The position numbers were made by a program, and so were the translations under genes. From contig OZ176053.1 in the NCBI GenBank assembly GCA_964247055.1, forward strand, positions 6,138,001 through 6,202,000: DNA of 64,000 nt. Reading direction: 5' to 3'. The notes beneath the pieces are model-generated. The model was not told the DNA's origin. It saw nothing but the letters and a program-made list of their open reading frames with translations, and ran no database searches. Below, piece by piece: positions 39,801 through 52,425 of the stretch. The stretch comes from Paragordius varius (Eukaryota; Animalia; Nematomorpha). Each line of letters opens with the position of its first letter. The first letter of the stretch is position 1.

Positions 39801-41454
39801 AATCATACATTTTAAATCTTGATTTTTTAAAATATAAATCATTGTATAAAAATGTAAAGTAGGAAATAGAGAGAGATATGGTAAAAAATAAGGTTTAAAA
39901 AGTATGGTGGGTTTTAAAAAATATGTCTAAATATTTTTATGTTTTGTCCGTAAAATTTTATTTTTTAAAGTTTTAATATTCGGTAAAATGTTCGTAATAC
40001 TTACAAACATAAACTAATAATAGCATAAAAATGGTATATATTTACCTTCACTACAAAATTTCAGGACCTCATCACTGGACGCTTTGTTTTCCTCTGTGGT
40101 GGGTGTAAGACCTAAATCTTTATGGCATTGAACACAGTAATCGTTTAAGGGATTAAATTTTTCCAAACATTCATCGCTACAAAATTGTCGCACGGAACGA
40201 TTTTCAAGCTAAAAATCATTTTAATGTTAAAAATTTGCAACATAACATAGATTTCTGTCATATTTAACTAATCCTTATTTTCAATATAGACATAGTATTT
40301 AAATTCAATTCAAATCTTAATTTAGTCTAATAAAATATCTAGAAAAAGATTCTCGATAATTTATAGTTTGTATTACTATTCCCTTCCTGTTTAAAATAAT
40401 ATACTTTTAAACTAACTTTAAAAATATCTAGAAAAAGATTCTCGATAATTTATAGTTTGTATTACTATTCCCTTCCTGTTTAAAATAATATACTTTTAAA
40501 CTAACTTTATACGTATATGATTAGCAGATAATAAAAATATATTCAAAAACAAAAACCGTAGCAAAACCCTAAATTTAGCGTTTCCATGATTCCAGAAAAT
40601 AAATTAACTGGAACCGGAACTAATATGTGAATTTTGAACCGTTATAATCTTACTATATTTTTAAAATAGACCATGGAAAATAAATTTGGAAAGTGATGTC
40701 TTGCTAATATGGCTTTAAACCAAAATTACACAAGAACACATAAAAACCAACGCAATCTAGGGTATTTTTTAAAATACAAAATCAATTAAAACGAATTTTT
40801 AGATATTGAAATAAAATTTTTAAATTTATATACCCGTAGACAATATTGTCCAAATGATGTGCTTGTTAAAACTTTGTGGCAGTTAAAACAACAAATATCA
40901 AGACGAGGAAGAAATGTGGTTAAGCATTCAGCGCCACAAAGATCGAGATTTATACAATCTTTATTATCAGTTGAGTTATATTTATCCAATCCGATCTTTA
41001 ATCTATTTTCCAAAGTTCTACCACATTCAACACATGTGGGGGTCTCTAAATAAAGAGCCTGACATGGCAAATGAACAGGACAAATTGGTAAAGATATATC
41101 ATCTAAATTATATAATAAAAATTTACTTAATATAAAGATATTTTCATGAGCGGGAAGAATTTTTTGATAACAAAATATGCAACATTTAGGATTTGATAAA
41201 TCCATGTTGTTATGGCTTTGAATAGAATTTATTATGGGTAAAGAATTTGTTTTCATTGCATTTGCGGTATTTTGATGTTCAAAATTACTATTATTTTTAA
41301 GATGTAGGAGATTTGCATCGTTGAAATTATTTACATGATTATGATGTGTATAATGTGTAACAAAATCATTTGTCTTATAAGGATTGTCTGCATCAAAATT
41401 AATTTCTGCAGAATTATGATATCCATTTAATAAGTTGGATTCATCAGAATTCAT
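27812..41454 (-). CDS. MYM-type zinc finger protein (ZMYM2/3/4, woc-like), about 25 exons, roughly 1,700 aa
   Basis: In-phase GT-AG exons run from ATG 41454 to TGA 27812. They encode repeated Cx2C..(F/L/V)C(S/G)xxC fingers (CVECG..LCGAEC, CFNCH..FCSDEC, CVQCH..FCSEDC, CFVCE..VCSTQC, CEYCA..FCGPIC, CHSCN..FCSQKC, CDGCQ..FCSFPC), a Pro-rich PVPFYIPYP..PVPIVVPTFIP segment, LPSDPLQAELLTMADM, and a C-terminal DUF3504-type region ([71 protein letters not shown]). Confidence 0.92.
34010..34257. mobile_element. TA-type MITE copy 2, in a ZMYM intron
   Basis: AACAATTCAAATTCACCCTAAAA ... TTTTAGGGTGAATTTGAATTGTTCAAGGGTAAATTTGAATTGTAAATGGTA; homologous to 2098-2383. Confidence 0.72.
35690..35869. mobile_element. 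Truncated TA-type MITE copy 3, in a ZMYM intron
   Basis: Interior sequence (AAAAATGAAATTT, TAATAATGA.GAGTT.TATT.ACCCGAAAACA) and right end TTGAATTGTAAATGGTA match copy 1. Confidence 0.6.
40332..40509. repeat. Perfect 2 x 89-bp tandem duplication in ZMYM intron 1
   Basis: The unit AAAATATCTAGAAAAAGATTCTCG...AAACTAACTTTA starts at 40332 and again at 40421. Confidence 0.9.
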
Positions 41455-42539
41455 TGAATTTTTCTGATACCAACTGATTTTTCGTTACCAGGAGGGGCTA
41501 ACTTAGAAGAAAAATATATTTGTGAGCGTAAAAATAATAAAATAAAATGGCGCAGATAAGGCGTTTTATACCGTATGGAAGGGAAAAAAACAAAAATTAT
41601 ATTTATATAAACAGATAATATACTAAAAATAAGGGATATTATGTTATAGTTTTTGGTTATTATATTTTATTTTTTGCGAATATTTTTTTTCTTATAATTT
41701 TTATATCATATTGTTTCGGCACGATGCCACTGTATCTTAGAATATTATAATAGTGAAAATAGGTAAGTTTAGTGTTAATTTATTGTATATTTTTAATTAT
41801 GGTTTTAAAATTATATTGGTTACATTATACCTATTATATTATAATAAATCTAATCTTAAGCGTATGGTTATAATGATTACTTATAGGGAATAGGGAAAAG
41901 CAACATAATTAAAAGGTGTCCGTTGATAATATTGGTAAATATATAAGGCTAATATATTCTTTCCTTGGTGCTCGCCAATAATAGATATTTTAGGCAAAAT
42001 ATCAAATGAGAAGATAACTTTCACTTCATTACTTGTGATATTCTTACATCCCAATTTAAAAGGTATCTGATGTATCCAGGTTTTCAGAAAAGGGTGTGAC
42101 AGGCTTGCTCTTACCATTATCCTCAAAAGATAACCCTTACCGTCTCTCTGCGCTTTTACACGCCTCAAAGCGGGGGACGTCATATCCTTCTTCAGGGCTA
42201 CTAACAAATATATGCAATTAAGCCAATTTTGAAAAAATATTCTTTAGCTTTCGAATGCTGCAAAAAAATCGAAAAATGTAAAATTGTAAAAAAATCCTCG
42301 TCTAAAACTCTTTCGCCGCTTTTTCTTTAAATTATTAACTGGATACAACCCATTATATAAGTACTTTGATACAAATTGGGGTAATTAGTGGCCCCAGGCC
42401 TTCATAAAAAATATTTCAAATAAAGGAATAAATTGACCATTGCAACAGGTTTGCTTAGAAAATATAAATGATGAACGTAAAAGCTTTAGACTACATTTTA
42501 TTTCACAAAAACTTGATATATTTTGAATTCAATCTGTAT

Positions 42540-43260
42540 AATTTGCATTTTGGACCTTAATTTTAGACTCTAGAAGGCGTACAACTGTAAAAAAATACTT
42601 TTAAATACAAACATTTGATAATTAAATTTTAATTAAAATAACTTTCAAAACTGTATTTTATTAAAATGGAGCTCTGGGATGTAAAACTACCCCAAATGAT
42701 AATATAGGACAAAAAGATAACAAAGTGTTAATGTTGGATCTGATTTTAATAAAAAAATCAAAAAAATCAGTATAAAATGCAAAAATATTGTACAATAAAA
42801 GTGCCGAAGTTAGATAGGTTCTTTTTAAAAATTAAAATAAATTTTGGCTTATTTATGTAATTTTTATTAAAATATAAGCTCAAATTTTTTTTGACAGTTT
42901 TCTTCAGTACTTTTCTAATAATGATGTAAAATATGGTTTGGGTTAGTTACCCAAATTTGTATATTGAAGTGTTTAAGTACATATACAAAAATATATTTAT
43001 CGTTATTTGAGTTTTGGATCTGTCCTATATGGGACTCTAGAACTAATTATATAATATGCTTTTTTATTATATACAATGGGACAATGTTCGGTAATTATTT
43101 GTTTAAAACAACTTTCAAAACAGTATTTTATTTACTATATGAAGCTCTGATATATAAAACTACCCCAAATTGTAATTGTCTACATAAAAGTTATTCATTA
43201 TACGATATAATTACAGTAGCAAATAATTATATTGTATAATTTGCTGAAGTTGTAAGAAGA
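42540..43260. repeat. Degenerate tandem duplication, period about 465 bp
   Basis: Paired blocks: GACTCTAGAA (about 42566 and 43032), AACTTTCAAAAC.GTATTTTATT (about 42639 and 43109), AAAACTACCCCAAAT (about 42683 and 43137). Confidence 0.6.
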
Positions 43261-43862
43261 GTGAAACGTTGCCATTATTAAAACAATTTTATTTATTTTA
43301 TGACTGTAAAATTTGGATGAATTATCTAGATTCAATAAATGGGCACATTTTATTTGTGCGATAAAGCCTGATAGATTGATTGATGTCAGCATCTTTATTC
43401 ATAACATTTTCTATAATTATTAAGATGTTTCAAGATTCTATATTAAACCATCCATTTATTTTTTAAAAATTATAATATTTTTTCAATATAAATTTAAATT
43501 CTGAGGATGATTTTATGGATATTTTTAATTGTCATATTTTTTTAAACACTAGTTGGGCCTCTTACACTCCGCTGTGACATTGTATGAACGATATAACGGC
43601 CTATTAATTATATTGAAATGAGAAAATGGAGATGATAAATTTAAACCTATTTCCGTAAAAAGCGGGTTCTTGAACGGGGTTTTTATTGTGTGAACACACA
43701 ATTTAATTTAAAATTTACCTTATTTAACTTACTCATCTATATACACAAAGCAAAAATAAATATTCCTAATATCTTGATAATATTCTGATAAAAAATGTGT
43801 CAAAATTCTTATAATGCCTTTGGTTTTGGAATTTACGAGTAATTAAAAAAAAATTTTTTATG

Positions 43863-44540
43863 GTTGTTGTTGTTGTTGTTGAGCTTGTAATTGATTATCA
43901 TTAGCGATTTTATAAGAAAACCTCTTCCACTCGGTTCTGTCAAGGGCTTTTTGAGATAGTTTTTGCAGTGACATTTTGGAAAGTGATAAAATTTCATCTA
44001 CCCAACGAAAACGTCTTCGTCCTGTTCTTCTCTTATCATTTACTTTTCCTAACATTATATCCATTTAAGAATGTCCTCGAATTATTGCCCAAAATAACCG
44101 AATTTTTGTTTTATTATTTTACCACAAAGCGTTGTTTCTGCGTTTTATTTTGTTTGCAATATCAATGTTCTTCGCTTTCTTCCATGTTTTACCAAGTATT
44201 TTTCAGTCAAAAGTATTTTTCTTTTCTCGTCATGACTTTTAATGGACCAGCTTTCACAGCTATATTACATGATAGGAAATATTAAGGCGTTTGTCGGATA
44301 TTTGTTTTAGATGTATAATCATGCGATTCCCATATTTTATAATGTGAGGCCAAAGCGCATTTAGCGATGGCTATGCGTCTGTTTATGTCATGCGAAATTT
44401 TGATTTGTTGATAATGCTTCCAGGGTATGTGTATTCGTTGACCACTTGAATTGTTTCGTTGGGAGTTGTTTTAAGGTGATTGCTTCATAAAAATCGCAAA
44501 ATTAGCCCATATTATGTTTGTGCCTAATATAATATCATGG
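43863..44540 (-). mobile_element. 3' portion of an RTE/BovB-like LINE with a (CAA)n tail
   Basis: Minus-strand frames give VVNEYTYPGSII, HDINRRIAIAKCA, IFPIM*YSCESWSI, KQKFGYFGQ and IMLGKVNDKRRTGRRRFRWVDEIL..ALDRTEWKR, ending in a CAA repeat at about 43863-43881. The 5' boundary is approximate. Confidence 0.88.
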
Positions 44541-46094
44541 TGGAAGCTAAATACTTCATCCAAAAAATTTTAATATATAACCTATAAAAAAGCAAAACAA
44601 TTAGATTAAACTTTTGGTGTGTGAAAGTCTTAAATTTTGAAACCGCTAAAAGGAATTATTTTTTAAAAATATTTCATTTTATAAGTTTTTATGCCTTTTT
44701 TATAAAGATTGTCATAACCTAATAAATTAAAGAGTGTTATAGCGCAATATCAGAATTTTTCGTTTATTTCAAAAATTGTGTCTATTAAGGGCGGACCAAA
44801 GATTTGAGACTTTCAGGTCTCACATCAAATCGGAATTTAACGAAAATTTCTTTTTATTTTATAATATATAGTAGCAAAATATTTTGGTTTGCGTTTACCA
44901 AAAAATATTCTAATTTTGGGTTTCGATACTGAGCTACAAAAGACCTTGATACATTCCCCTCTCAGAATAAATAATCGATAATCGGGATATTTTTTGTGTC
45001 TAGCGTGTTGTGAAAATATTACAAACTGTTTTAAACTAAATAAGCAATCCTTAATTAGGTCTAATTAAATTTATGTTGTACATATTTGAGCCCCAACTTT
45101 GTTATACAACGGTATCATTCGTATTTTGAAAAAAATTATAAAAAATGTCTAGGGCATAAATTTGCCCCGAATAGTGAAAATGGTTATATTAAACTTAAAT
45201 ACAACCTTTATTTTTTATCTAAAGATATTTGAGTATTTTGCTATCAGTTTTTTAGGCCTTTTAATTAAACATTCAATTTAAAATTAGCAAAAAAACAAAA
45301 GCAAGTATTCAAACATATATTTTAGTAATAAAAATTCAAGCCAGAAAAATGCCAAAATATATCGTTATAGAAATAAATGAAAAGAAGATTTTTTGTATAA
45401 CATGATAAATGTACTGGTTTAATCTGAAACTCCACCGTGGCTTTGCCTAAAACAAAAAATATCCAAACAAATTTTACTACACTTCACATGAAGTATCAAA
45501 AACAATTCAGATATTCTTAAATCATATTGAAAGACAAAATCCTCAGCACTGAATTGTTAAATATCACAAAAATTAAAAAAATTTCATAATTGCAAGTTGC
45601 AAAATATCCAAAATCCTAATAAAAAATAACAAATTTTTTCGGGACGGAAAAATATGGAAAGAAGCTATGTTAGAGCTTTGAAGTGCTGTGTACAAAAAAG
45701 AATATTATAATAAAAAAACTAATTTGCGGATATGTGATGATTTTAATCAAAGCCTTACCGAAATTTACATATTTTTAAAAAGCAAATTTCAGACGTTAAA
45801 TTAGTAAAATTTATCAGTTTTTTAATTGATTTGTAATGTACAAGTTTCTGAGATATCGCATAAAAAGTAAGATTAAAAAGCGATTATAGATCACTCAAAT
45901 TTACAAAACTCAAAACTGCGGCAATATCTTGAAGCATATGTCTAATATTAAAAACCGGATACATAAAATAATTTACCAAGAGCTACAAATCCATTTTTTA
46001 AATCATCTAAATCCGTCACAAGATGTATGGTTAATTATTCAATTAATAAATTGAATAATGTAAATGTTTTAGTAATTGTACTGATTGTGACAAC

Positions 46095-46355
46095 CAGAGG
46101 TGTTCTGAATTAACATTATTTAGGTATTTTGATAAAATGATAATATATTAAAATAACTATTAAAAAAATATTTTTTGTTATATTTATATTGAAATAGCCT
46201 GTGCTTGTCACACCAATCGGTAAATTGAGATATATATTTGCATCATTTGTGTTGAAGTAATAAATGAAATTTTTAACACTTAATATTCATACGTGACCGC
46301 GTAAAATTTTCTCTAAAAAAAGTAGCCCACGGGAAAAAAAGGTTGGCCACCCCTG
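46095..46355 (+). mobile_element. Possible degenerate hAT-type MITE
   Basis: CAGAGGTG at 46095 and GGTTGGCCACCCCTG ending at 46355 resemble hAT TIRs, but I found no matching 8-bp TSD. Confidence 0.45.
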
Positions 46356-46643
46356 TGCAAACACATAAATAAAAGGTTTATCGCAAAGTTCATAAATCTC
46401 AATACAGCTTCAGCTTTTTACGCATAGAGCAATTAATGATACTATATGGCAATATTCAAGTTAAAAGTTGGCATTTACTTACTTATACTGTATACTAAGT
46501 AGTCTCCAAAATTAAGGTTATATTCTTTGCCTCTATGTTACATTTATTTTTCAAGTATAGGACAATCAAATACAATATAGTACTAAATATTATATGGGGT
46601 TAATATACAAAATGAACGTGAAATTTGAGGTTGCTTATTTGAT

Positions 46644-46647
<4 letters not shown>

Positions 46648-46712
<65 letters not shown>
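46648..46712. repeat. (TA)n microsatellite
   Basis: About 65 bp of pure AT dinucleotide repeat. Confidence 0.95.
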
Positions 46713-46716
<4 letters not shown>

Positions 46717-46851
46717 TCATTTTCATGATTATAATTAGTAAAAATGCATTATTGTGTTTAATTAAGATGCTATAAAATATTTTAGTCATTTAATGCAATT
46801 TTTAAACATTCTATACTAAGCTTTTTCTGATAAAATGTTCTAGGTCAAAAG

Positions 46852-49725
46852 TCATTTGTTGATTGGGGTTAAATTTATATCGAAAAAATCACAAACGCCT
46901 TCGGTGTCTTCCAATAGTAAAAAGCTAGTATCTAAATTCGATGTTGTTTTATTAGAATCAAATAAAATGTTATTAATGATATTTTGATAAGGCGCATTAT
47001 TATTTAGACTTAATGTGTTTTGCTTGAGGTAGGATAAAGGTAATGTCCCCCCTGATACCAATTTTGATTGACCGACATTAGATGAATGGTTGATTTTCGA
47101 AATTGGGCTAAATGCTATATATATATAAATATATATAATAAATTTATACATGTTTTATATATCACAACTATCGTAAAATTAAAACAACCAAAAACTTGTA
47201 ACGAAAACCAATTTTTCATAAATTTTGTAACAATATAATTTCAGCCGAGATTTGATACAAATTATATAGGTAATAATTCCAAATTGTAATCATAAAGTGT
47301 CAGATGCTTTTTGACAAAATTTCATGTGATTACTGTTTTGATTAATATTCATTTGATAATTGATATAATATTGCTATTTTTTATTAATTAAGCAATTGAC
47401 GCCTTTTCATGATAGTTTTTTCGCTAATAAATCGAAAACTTAAGCGTTTTATTTATTAACTCTTAATTGCACTCAAATTTTAATTATTTGGTAATACCTT
47501 ATTATTGAAAAAAATTGACCAAAAAATAAGTTCTATATAAATCATACTTTCAATAGATGAAAACAAATCTTCTGTCGCAGGGGTTTCCTCCACTAAAATA
47601 TCGCATAAAATATATAAAAACAAAATTTAAGGAGCTTAAAAATAAGATTTAATTAAAATTAATTAATGTAAAAAGCATTTCATACTTTTAGGATATAATC
47701 CAGAAAGTAATAGACTTTCATCCAATTCATTCAAGACAAAACTGCTGTTAAAGCTTAAGTTTAATTTCATAGGTGATTGGCAATATAAATTGTTCATATA
47801 TGTAGAAGGTATATTGTTGTTAGATGATTTATATGGAGATGTTGAACATATATTAGTTTCAGGGCTAACATTTTTGACAATTTCATCCGTTTTATTGTTA
47901 TTATGCATGGTATTTGAGAAAGAAATATTAGTTTGCACATTAGAAACCGGAGAATTGTGCATTGATGATATATTAGCATTAGTCGGCTGAAAAAAAGAAT
48001 ACAATTTTACATTCAGTAAATATTATAATTTTTTTTGAAAGTTTAAGTCATATACCGTTAAAAGAGGATCTTTAACAATGTCGATTGAAGTGGTTAAAAC
48101 AGGGACATCACTACCAATAGGGCTATTACAATATAAATGGTGGTTAAAATAATTGTTTCATTGAAAATTTTGTTTTTTAAACCAAATGTATTGAGTTTAT
48201 ATTGAGCAAAATTATTAATGGAAAATAATGACCTTTTGAACCAATCAGTAGATTCTATATTTTCAACTTGTGTAATACCCGTATCACTAATTTGTATATT
48301 TGGCTTCAACTTTTTATTTTTGTAAAATGATTGATTTAAAAACTCTGGTGGTAAATCATTTCTTTTAGCGTCTGATTGAATGGTTGTGACTATTTCTAAG
48401 TGAAAAAATATTATATATTATTGAAAATACTGACTCAAATTTAAATATTGAATTTATTTTGTTAAATAAACATTTAATACAAATAAAATACAAAGACATG
48501 TATATATATATATATATATATATAACAATCTGATAAATAAATGTCATATATATATTTAAGTAAAATATAATATACCCTTTTTTAAATCGTTGGTTGCTAG
48601 ATTCGTACTATTATCTTGTTTTATATCAAAGCAATTATTGGCAGCAAATCCCGTAGTTTTTCCTGTTTGACTTAACATTTCCCGATTAGCTACTAAGACG
48701 GAAACGGGGTCAGACATACTTTTAACATGTAACTGGTAGGTGTTGGGCTAATAATATGAGATAAATGACAATGGGTGGAATGAATTTGGATATTTTAAAA
48801 GAAATTCCTAAGTTCAGTGAATATATTATAGCCTCCTCTCATTAGAAAGCCATAATAAAAACTGTGTTATAACGTAATAAATTTAAGGTATATATTTTTA
48901 TACATTTTAAATTTTAATTTACCTCGCCCAATATTGTACTAAGAGGTATCAACATTAATAAATTGTAAAAAATAAGTTACTGGGTAAGAAGTTAATTGCA
49001 TTGTCGTGTCCCTGGGATGTTTAATTAACATATAAAGGTCATTATTATTTGCATTTATTTGTAACAGCTCTTCTGGCTTGACATACATATACGTGTATTT
49101 TGAAAGGGATCATGGTTAAGGAATAAAATTATTTTAGAAAATTTAATTTATGATATAAAACGTAAAATATTATTAAAAAGGATATTTTTTGTTTTCCATA
49201 TCATCTTGTATATTTTCCATATTTTGTTGACAGATAGCTAACATTTGATCCAATTGTTTTTCATAAATAGTCAACTCAAAATTTTCTCGTTTAAGCGATT
49301 TAATTGTTTTGCAAGTTTCGGGATTTTCTGTTCCGGGGCCGCCACCTCTATGAATAGATACATTTCTTGTTATAATAGAATATTATTGGGATGATGAAAA
49401 TAATTGTAAAACTTTATATTTTCATATAAAGATAAATAAAAAATTATTATACTTCCATTTTATACTATTTTTGGACCGTTTCTCAATAAGGCCAATTCCT
49501 TCTAAAACGTTCGTTATATCGTAGATGCGTCGCTTTTGTCTAACTGACAATATATCAGCAGCCTATATAAATTATATAATTATTTACTAATTTTAAGTCC
49601 AATACACCATCTTTGGCTTCTTGGAGTAGATGAACAAATCGTGTTGTAAGTAGGCCTAAGCTTTTTTCATATCGACTATTATTATTGGGGTCAATATATG
49701 GGTTATTAAGTAAGAATTCTGTCAT
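46852..49725 (-). CDS. E2F4: E2F transcription factor, E2F4/5 subfamily
   Basis: Exons 49725-49588 and 49562-49453 encode [67 protein letters not shown]. Later exons give [26 protein letters not shown] (marked box) and a C-terminal [11 protein letters not shown] (pocket-protein-binding motif). E2F4 versus E2F5 is not resolvable by eye. Confidence 0.93.
49093..49185 (-). other. U12-type (minor spliceosome) AT-AC intron in E2F4/5
   Basis: 5' splice site ATATCCTTT at 49185, branch point TTCCTTAAC at 49123-49115, 3' end AC at 49094-49093. Removing the 93 nt restores the frame [15 protein letters not shown]. Confidence 0.9.
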
Positions 49726-49804
49726 TTTGTGAAAATGTATTTAAAGTTCACGGGTAACATAAGCCATAAATTACATACACAAAACCGTATGTGAAAAAAT
49801 ATTG
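49726..49804. promoter_or_regulatory. 79-bp spacer between the divergent E2F4/5 and NDUFB3 start codons; candidate bidirectional promoter or overlapping 5' UTRs
   Basis: The E2F ATG is at 49725 (minus strand) and the NDUFB3 ATG at 49805 (plus strand). The regulatory function is inferred from the geometry only. Confidence 0.55.
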
Positions 49805-51043
49805 ATGGTAAATCCTCATCACACCTCTCATCATCATGAGACACCTTTGCAAGAACTATTGAGAGAATTCCCTGATTATAAAAGTTTTAAGGTTGAAAAT
49901 GCTCCAAGAGTAATGAAGGTACAAAAAGATTTGGCAAAATTTGGCCTTAAAGATCCGTGGGCAAGGTATTACTTTTAATTTATGATAAATTTTGATTATT
50001 TTTGGATACCACTAATAATAAAGTATTTCGAAATTAAGTTTTATTGTTTTAAACCATTACATATATGAATAAACAAATGGGTTTTTATTCATATTTATTG
50101 TTTTTAAATATTTTTTATCAGCATAGTTAGAAAATAATATATAAATGTTGAATTATTAGAGAAAAAAGTCAGCATTTTATTCCATAATTGGCCAAATCTC
50201 TATTCATTTTATCAGTCAATCTTGCTAAATAGTTTACAAAAGAAGTTATACATAAAAAAATATTTTGGAATTTTTAAGCATCAGCCAGACCATTATCGTT
50301 TATTATATTGTTCATAAGACAATATAATATTTGGCTAATATAATTTTATGGATTTTCACATAAAACAAATATAATTTTTTGTCGAATTTCATGGCAAATA
50401 GAATTTGTGATTGATAGAAAAATAATAACCGGTTTGTCTGCTTATAAATGTTGGTTATAAGCAATTATCAATACCAGAAATGTATGATACAGGCTTCGAC
50501 TCACCAAAAAGGAAGTTTAGCGTTTAAAATATTTTTACACAAACTTTATTTTGTGCGCCATTATAATAGTTTAAATTGGATAAATATATATTTGTGTTTT
50601 ATATGAAGTCATGGTTATATATACATTTTAAATTTAGAATTTCTAGTCAAATAAAACTTATTTTTTGAAGTTCTTATTGGATCATTGGCAGTCGTCAGCT
50701 GAGAAATTTTATATGGGCCTTTAATACAATTTTTCTTCTTTAATAAGGAAAAAGAAGATATACTAAACTGTATATATTTGTACATAATTACTGCATATCA
50801 ATATTTTTAAAGAAATATATTGTCATTTTTTCTAGAAATTATTCCTATCTTTACGATGGCCGTTTCGGTACAAAAGGGAGTCGAATGTTTTCCCTAATTT
50901 TCGCCGGCTTTGATTGGGGTCTTTACGCATTTCTTGCTACAGTCGCATTTTTTAAAATCAAACAAATAATAAGTCCTGTTGATGAACACGAAAAACATGT
51001 AAAATGCCTAAAAAAATACGGAATCGATCCAATAAGACATTAG
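49805..51043 (+). CDS. NDUFB3: NADH dehydrogenase (ubiquinone) 1 beta subcomplex subunit 3, 2 exons, 122 aa
   Basis: Exons 49805-49965 and 50836-51043 (GT-AG, phase 2) give a His-rich N-terminus, FPDYKSFKVENAP..LAKFGLKDPWARN, then a single hydrophobic segment (LIFAGFDWGLYAFLATVAFF). This matches the B12/NDUFB3 pattern PDY..K....P...L...GL.DPW.RN. Not in the supplied ORF track. Confidence 0.88.
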
Positions 51044-52425
51044 TTTTTTTCCTAACGACATTTTAACAAATATATCATATTTATGTGATGGGTTGAGCAT
51101 AATTTAATAAATAAGCTGATATACTTATTACATTTAATTCTAAACTTTAAAGTGTCTTCAATAAATATACACGGTACTTTGTGAGTTTTGGGGATATTAC
51201 TTTTTTGGATAGGATGGGATTTAATAAAAAGCCAAAATACAGTCATCCGATAAGGGATGTAAAGGCTATCCTTAAATAATAACCCCCTTAAAATTTTAAA
51301 TTCATTTTGGAGCAAAAAAGTTTAATCTGAAATACGCTTCTATAATTTTTGAAATTTTATGTTTTTGAAACATATTCATTTTCGGCTCTTATCAAGTATC
51401 GATAAAAAAATTAAGTTATGCTTCGTATATAATCGATTTTTTTAAGTTTATGTATAAAATTCGTCAATTTTAGATGTTAATATATAAATATATATATAAT
51501 CCTTGATTATTTTAATATGTATTTATCAAATTGTGGAAATTATAGTTAAAATAAGTCAATTCATTACCTCATCTTAATTATTTTAAATTAAAGACATCAA
51601 TGTGATTAAATTCGAACCATTCTTTTTACAAATACCATCAAGTGTGCACCTAGTAAACATTAAAAGATTTTTAAAATATTCTACAGAAAATATCGATAAA
51701 AAATTTAGGCATAAACTTATTCAAAGTTTTTTAAAGCCATTTTATATTTTAACATGACAAAAATCTTTTTGAAAAATAAAAAAATTTGAGCGATGGGTTG
51801 ACAGCCAAAATATCGATAATGAGCTATTTAATTCGTTTGACTGGAACCCAAAACCATGATATATATGTTTCTACAATTAAAAAATATAGCGGTAAAAATT
51901 TATTTCATACAATCAAAATATGCATATAAATACAATTGGTAAATATAATATATATTATATTTCATCATAAAACGAGTAACTGAGTATTTTTTAGTTAATG
52001 ACTAAATTAAACTGATATACAACACGCATCATTAAGTTATTATTTAATGTTGTTTTCACAATAATAAAGTACCATGCTATCATATGGGATAGCATTTGTT
52101 TTAAGCACAAATTTCCGCAAAATACTTGTATTAGATTATATGGAAGCAAAACTAAAATGCATTATTATTAAAGAACGCCTTCGATCAATCCATATTTAAT
52201 AGAGACTACGATACTTAAAATACAGTAATATTTATATTACAAAGATAAAACAAAAAAGGAGGATTAATATCTATCAAGAAAACCAGAATTTTTTTATTCT
52301 TGATTTTTTTAATTACCTAAATAATATAAATTTGGATAATTCACCAATGTAGGTCTTATTTCGCAAACCAAATTTAATGTTTTGTCACCATAACATTCAC
52401 TTTAGATGGAATTACCATTGTGAAA

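Noticed and set aside
42160-42195. CTGAAGA followed by a short stem on the minus strand, resembling a hammerhead ribozyme core
   Set aside because: The required GAAA after stem II and the remaining stems are not present.
45540-45960. Possible decayed endonuclease or transposase coding relic (LICG..DFN-like)
   Set aside because: Only one weak, frameshifted motif, which is not enough to call.
46583-46789. 68-aa ORF with (YI)n repeats
   Set aside because: It is a translation of the (TA)n microsatellite.
48923-48938. Possible 16-nt AG/GT-bounded microexon in E2F4/5
   Set aside because: Its length is not a multiple of three, and the neighbouring exons (ending 48981 and starting 48747) already join in phase 0.
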